From Camelus ferus (taxonomy: Eukaryota), in assembly GCF_009834535.1 (NCBI RefSeq), contig NC_045697.1, positions 21,950,001 to 22,014,000 of the forward strand: 64,000 bases of DNA, in the 5' to 3' direction. This document shows, piece by piece, positions 60,031-64,000 of the stretch (its first letter is position 1; every line of letters starts with the position of its first letter). The position numbers and the translations under genes are program-made. Below the pieces are notes generated by a model that did not search any database, was not told the DNA's origin, and saw nothing but the letters and a program-made list of their open reading frames with translations.

Positions 60031-61594
60031 GTTGGTAACTGAAAACTCTTACCATGTTATTAAGCCATGAATAGAAAAGCAGAATTTTTTTTTAAAAAAA
60101 AGGTAATTCAGAGGATGAATTAAAAGCTCAATAATTTTCAGGAATTCTGCAACATACAAATCATGTTTCTTTCAGGACAATAGTAAATGAGTAGTGATCG
60201 CATGCTTTCTTTTTCCCCCTAACAAAAGAAGCACTGCTGATTGCCCCTTATGTCTTGTACATATACTGTAATGTACTTTGAGATCTATACTGTAAGAAAG
60301 CCACTGGTCATTTCTATCTTTCAGATTCCATAAAATAATCAGTTAGCTGATTTCATGTTCGTAGATTATTCTCAATTTTTGTCATGTTACTTTTAGAGAC
60401 GGTCTTATAAATGAATGTATATTTTAATTATAATTTGTTCCAATTCACCTTTGGCAAGAGTAGTTATGTTAGTACCGTTACTTTCTGAAACAACTTTCAT
60501 TTAATATGCTGTATTCATTGTCTGCTCCATTATATGCTTAAATTGTCTCTTATCAAAGAGGTAGCTGGTAGTATGTTTTATCGGGATTATCACCTAAATC
60601 TGTCCCATGAAAAAGATTGATTCATTATGGGTTCCATAAAAAAAATCTTAAAACGTGATCTATTTATACATTTTACTTCATTTTACGGCCTATCGGCTTT
60701 TCATATTAATAGGATTGTCATTTTTTATGTATGAAAGGATTCTTGGTATGGTTTGGCTCAGAGCCATCACATTACCTATCCTTTTAACTCTTTGGAAACA
60801 TTGACTTATGTTGATTGCATTAGTGCAGGCTTAATTTTATTTCATGTCCAAGATGACAAAGGTCACTTCATTAGGTACCTCATTTGTCTTTCTTCCTAGT
60901 GGTTTTCTGGTATCCTATACTAAGTATCATTTAAAAAAAAAAAATGTTCTGCTTCCATTAAGAAAAAGTGAACAGAGAACAAAGCCAATTATTTGCAGCA
61001 CATAAAATCCTTATGATAATTTGGTAGAGTTTAATTAAACTAATACATCACACTGCACTTATAAGACAAAGGAGTAAAAAAGGAGCAAATAATCTTTTTT
61101 ATGTTAAAAAACACCATATTGCTTTTTGATTAAGCTCTTTAAGACTTGTGACCTACTTTAACGTGTAAGATTTACAGTCCTTTACATAGGAAGCACGTTT
61201 TAAAAAAAGTTCTATGTAATATTGATTGGGACCAGCCCCTCGCCAAAATTTGAAATGAAGCTATGAAAATTTCTTATGATTTTTCCAACTCTCCAAAATA
61301 AAGGGTTCTGCAAATTTTGCCCATGCAAAAAGCATTTTTATTACAAAGAATCTTATTTTGGTATTTAATGTACACTCACCATTGGTTGTTTTTTTGGGGC
61401 CCACTGACATTAATGCAAAGTCCACTATAAATGAAGAGCAAGTTTCTGTAACTTGTGCATCGTCCCTGTATTTCACAACTGGAATGCACTGAAATTAGAG
61501 CTATTTGGTCTTTACTTAAATAATCTCATTTCCCAACTTTCCATTTCCTTGAGATGTAATTCTCATAAGATACATGGAAATAAACCTCTGATTA

Positions 61595-61740
61595 GGAGTG
61601 AGGATGTTTAGTTTTAATCCTAGGTCTGCAGTGTTATACTGAATGTGTCTTGTCGCCCCTCGGGGCCTCAGTATTATCACTGGTAAAGTGAATAGTTTGG
61701 TAGAGGATGATTCCCGGTGACTTCCTTATCTCTCAAGTTA
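61595..61740 (+). mobile_element. MIR fragment
   Basis: gttttaatcctaggtctgc...gggcctcagtattatcactggtaaagtg. Confidence 0.5.
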
Positions 61741-64000
61741 CACTTCTGCATTAGTTATTACTATAATACCTTTCTGTGTCCTGAAGGTCAGTACTTAATA
61801 TGCTCATATCGATCATTAAATCAGTGCCACTTGGTATTTATGAAAGTATTTCTAAAAACATTTTTAGAAATTTCTGATGATCAGAAAGCATAGCTTTTTA
61901 AAGCTGGTTAACCACAAATCATATTAAAAGAGAATTATATTCAACTTAGAAGTGTATCTATTATTAACTAAGGATCCACATACTCACTGGCAGTTGTTAC
62001 ACTTTCAACATTATCTTTCACGAGCAGGAAACTGGTTGGTTAGATTTTATCATTTTGTCCTATCTCACATTTACATTTCCAAGACTCAGTTAATTCATTG
62101 GATATTTACTTCATTTTCTGGCTCGTGGATCAAACTCTTAGTTTATCCATCATCTGGAAACACTTTGACTGCTTTCTGCTCCCCTCTGTGAGTGTTTTAA
62201 GGCTCCCCAAGTAGCTCTCAATTTTTCAGGCACAGGATTGCAATTTCAGTGGCATTTAACAACAGCCGAGTTTGCTATTCACTTTGTTTCATTAACATCT
62301 AGTCTCCGTTTCTCTCAGGCAGCTTATTGCTTTGGTATATGAATACTAGCCAGTTCTGCTTCTATTTCCAAAGGTGACCAATACTATGGTCCAAAAAGGA
62401 TAGTGATGATAGCTTAAGTTTACATCATTTTACATTTTTATTATAAGCTTTAAGGATGGAAATGCATTAATGCTCAACTTTGGACAAACGTAATTGGAAC
62501 TAGAAAGCTGGGATGCAGTCTAACGTTTTTGCTTATATAGTGCACAGTTGTCTGTCTGGATTGATCTCTGTCCCTCTCTGATTCAGAAAGGGTGTTTCTG
62601 TAAAATACTTATTTAGAAGAAAAACAAGAAAAAAATAAAATCATGGATTAAGAATGACACACTTTAACATTAAAGAATAGGCTGTTCTAAAGCAGAAATT
62701 AATTGCATTAGTTTTAACAAATAGTTTTTTTTTTTTGCGTTCTCTGGCTTCTGACAGTTATCTTGATTTGTCTTGAACATCCAATTTAGGATGTTCAGGG
62801 CAGTTTTGTTGGTGGTGGTGGTGGTGTTTAATTACTACATTGGTTCCTTTTATATGTAGACTTGAGCTAAGGAGAGCGAGTAGAGAAAACGGCTCATGAT
62901 GGAGTTGAGTGGAATTCCAGAAATCTCTGGGTTAGGCAAAGAAATTCTCTCACTGCCTGCTGACCTCACCTCAGATCTTCACAACTTTGTTTCTTCTTGG
63001 AAGGCAATTTTCCCTCATTTCGGAAGATGTCAAGCTTCCCTGTCTTTTAAGACACAACTTAGGTTTCTTTAGCCAAAGAGCCCTCTTCCTCCTCCCCTCA
63101 CCGCAGTTCTCTCCTCGGGGCTCTCCTAGTTTTAACTGTGGGGCTTGTATCTTCCCCACCCACCCCAAGATTAGTAATCTGTTGATGTGTATATATTTGC
63201 ATATCTCTTCAAAAGATAAAGGATTCCTCAGAACTGGGATGGTGCTTTGTCTGTCCCCCCATGCCTCAGGCAGTGCCTTTCGCATGACTGGGCTCTGTAA
63301 CCTTTGGCTTGCTTTCTGACTGAGATTCCCTGATTCTCACAGTCAGCCAGTCAATGCATATTGATTGCTGGGCCATCCAACCTACTGCATTCTCTTGTTA
63401 GGCCCCAGATCATTCGTATTCTGTAGTCAGGGCCGAGTACAATTCCTAGGATGCGATATGGTATTGTCCAGCCCTTTCCTTCCATGGCCAGTCGTCGTTG
63501 ACTCCCAATCTAACAGCCCTCTTTTCTGAAGAGTGTAGATTAAACAGTGCTGATGAATGGCCTTCCTGTGTGTGTGCACGTTTACAGGTGTAAATGGGTA
63601 TAAACATCCTTTCTTTGATTGGATGGGATTTGTCTTCTGTGTTCCGTTCCTCTCCTTTTTTTTTTTGGCAGTTTGGACGATTTTCGAGTATGTTGAAGCT
63701 GTTTCTTATATATTCACAAATTTAAGTAATTATGATGGAATCCTGAGTCTGATAAATACATAGGCTTCTAGGACTGAGCTTCATAACACATTCATTTATA
63801 GTAGTTTAGGAATAAACTAAAAATCAGCATAATTTTGCTTATTATTTCTTAAACTGTGGCAAAAATGGAGATATTTGCAGTTATGACGTAGCTGTTTATT
63901 TTTTAAAAGATTCCAAGTCAGATTTAAGAAATAATAATGAGAAGACATAATGTAGAAGAAGAAAATCTTTGACTAGGAGCCAAATGTCTTGGTTTGGGGC

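Noticed and set aside
20000..64000. Scattered 60-150 aa intronic ORFs
   Set aside because: Random-length ORFs, many inside LTR, L2 or MIR fossils, with no protein family resemblance; none encodes the PCDH7 distal motifs.
1..64000. A novel multi-gene system or horizontally acquired segment
   Set aside because: The window is explained by one known gene, its CpG island and ordinary mammalian repeats; no foreign-composition block or second gene was seen.

Overview
Mammalian genomic DNA containing the 5' end of PCDH7 (protocadherin-7, delta-1 family) on the + strand. A CpG island (~5.0-11.4 kb) covers the promoter and 5' leader. One giant coding exon (9658-12834) encodes the signal peptide, seven cadherin repeats, the transmembrane helix and the proximal cytoplasmic tail. 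Two short C-terminal options are visible: read-through past the donor to a stop at 12918, and a spliced 11-codon terminal exon at 18947-18982 (MRPLPYITVFG*). The rest is AT-rich intron carrying old MIR, L2, MaLR/ERVL and hAT fossils. The exons for the long (RRVTF/CM-motif) isoforms are not in the window. A tRNA-derived SINE at ~51.2-51.3 kb resembles camelid Vic-1, suggesting a camel, llama or alpaca genome (inference). I found no convincing novel multi-gene system. The best leads are isoform-level and regulatory: a candidate extra terminal exon at 15664, a candidate in-frame exitron, an extended read-through tail, uORFs, non-B DNA at the promoter and small CpG-rich intronic patches. Repeat family names come from recalled consensus sequences and were not checked by search; repeat boundaries are approximate.
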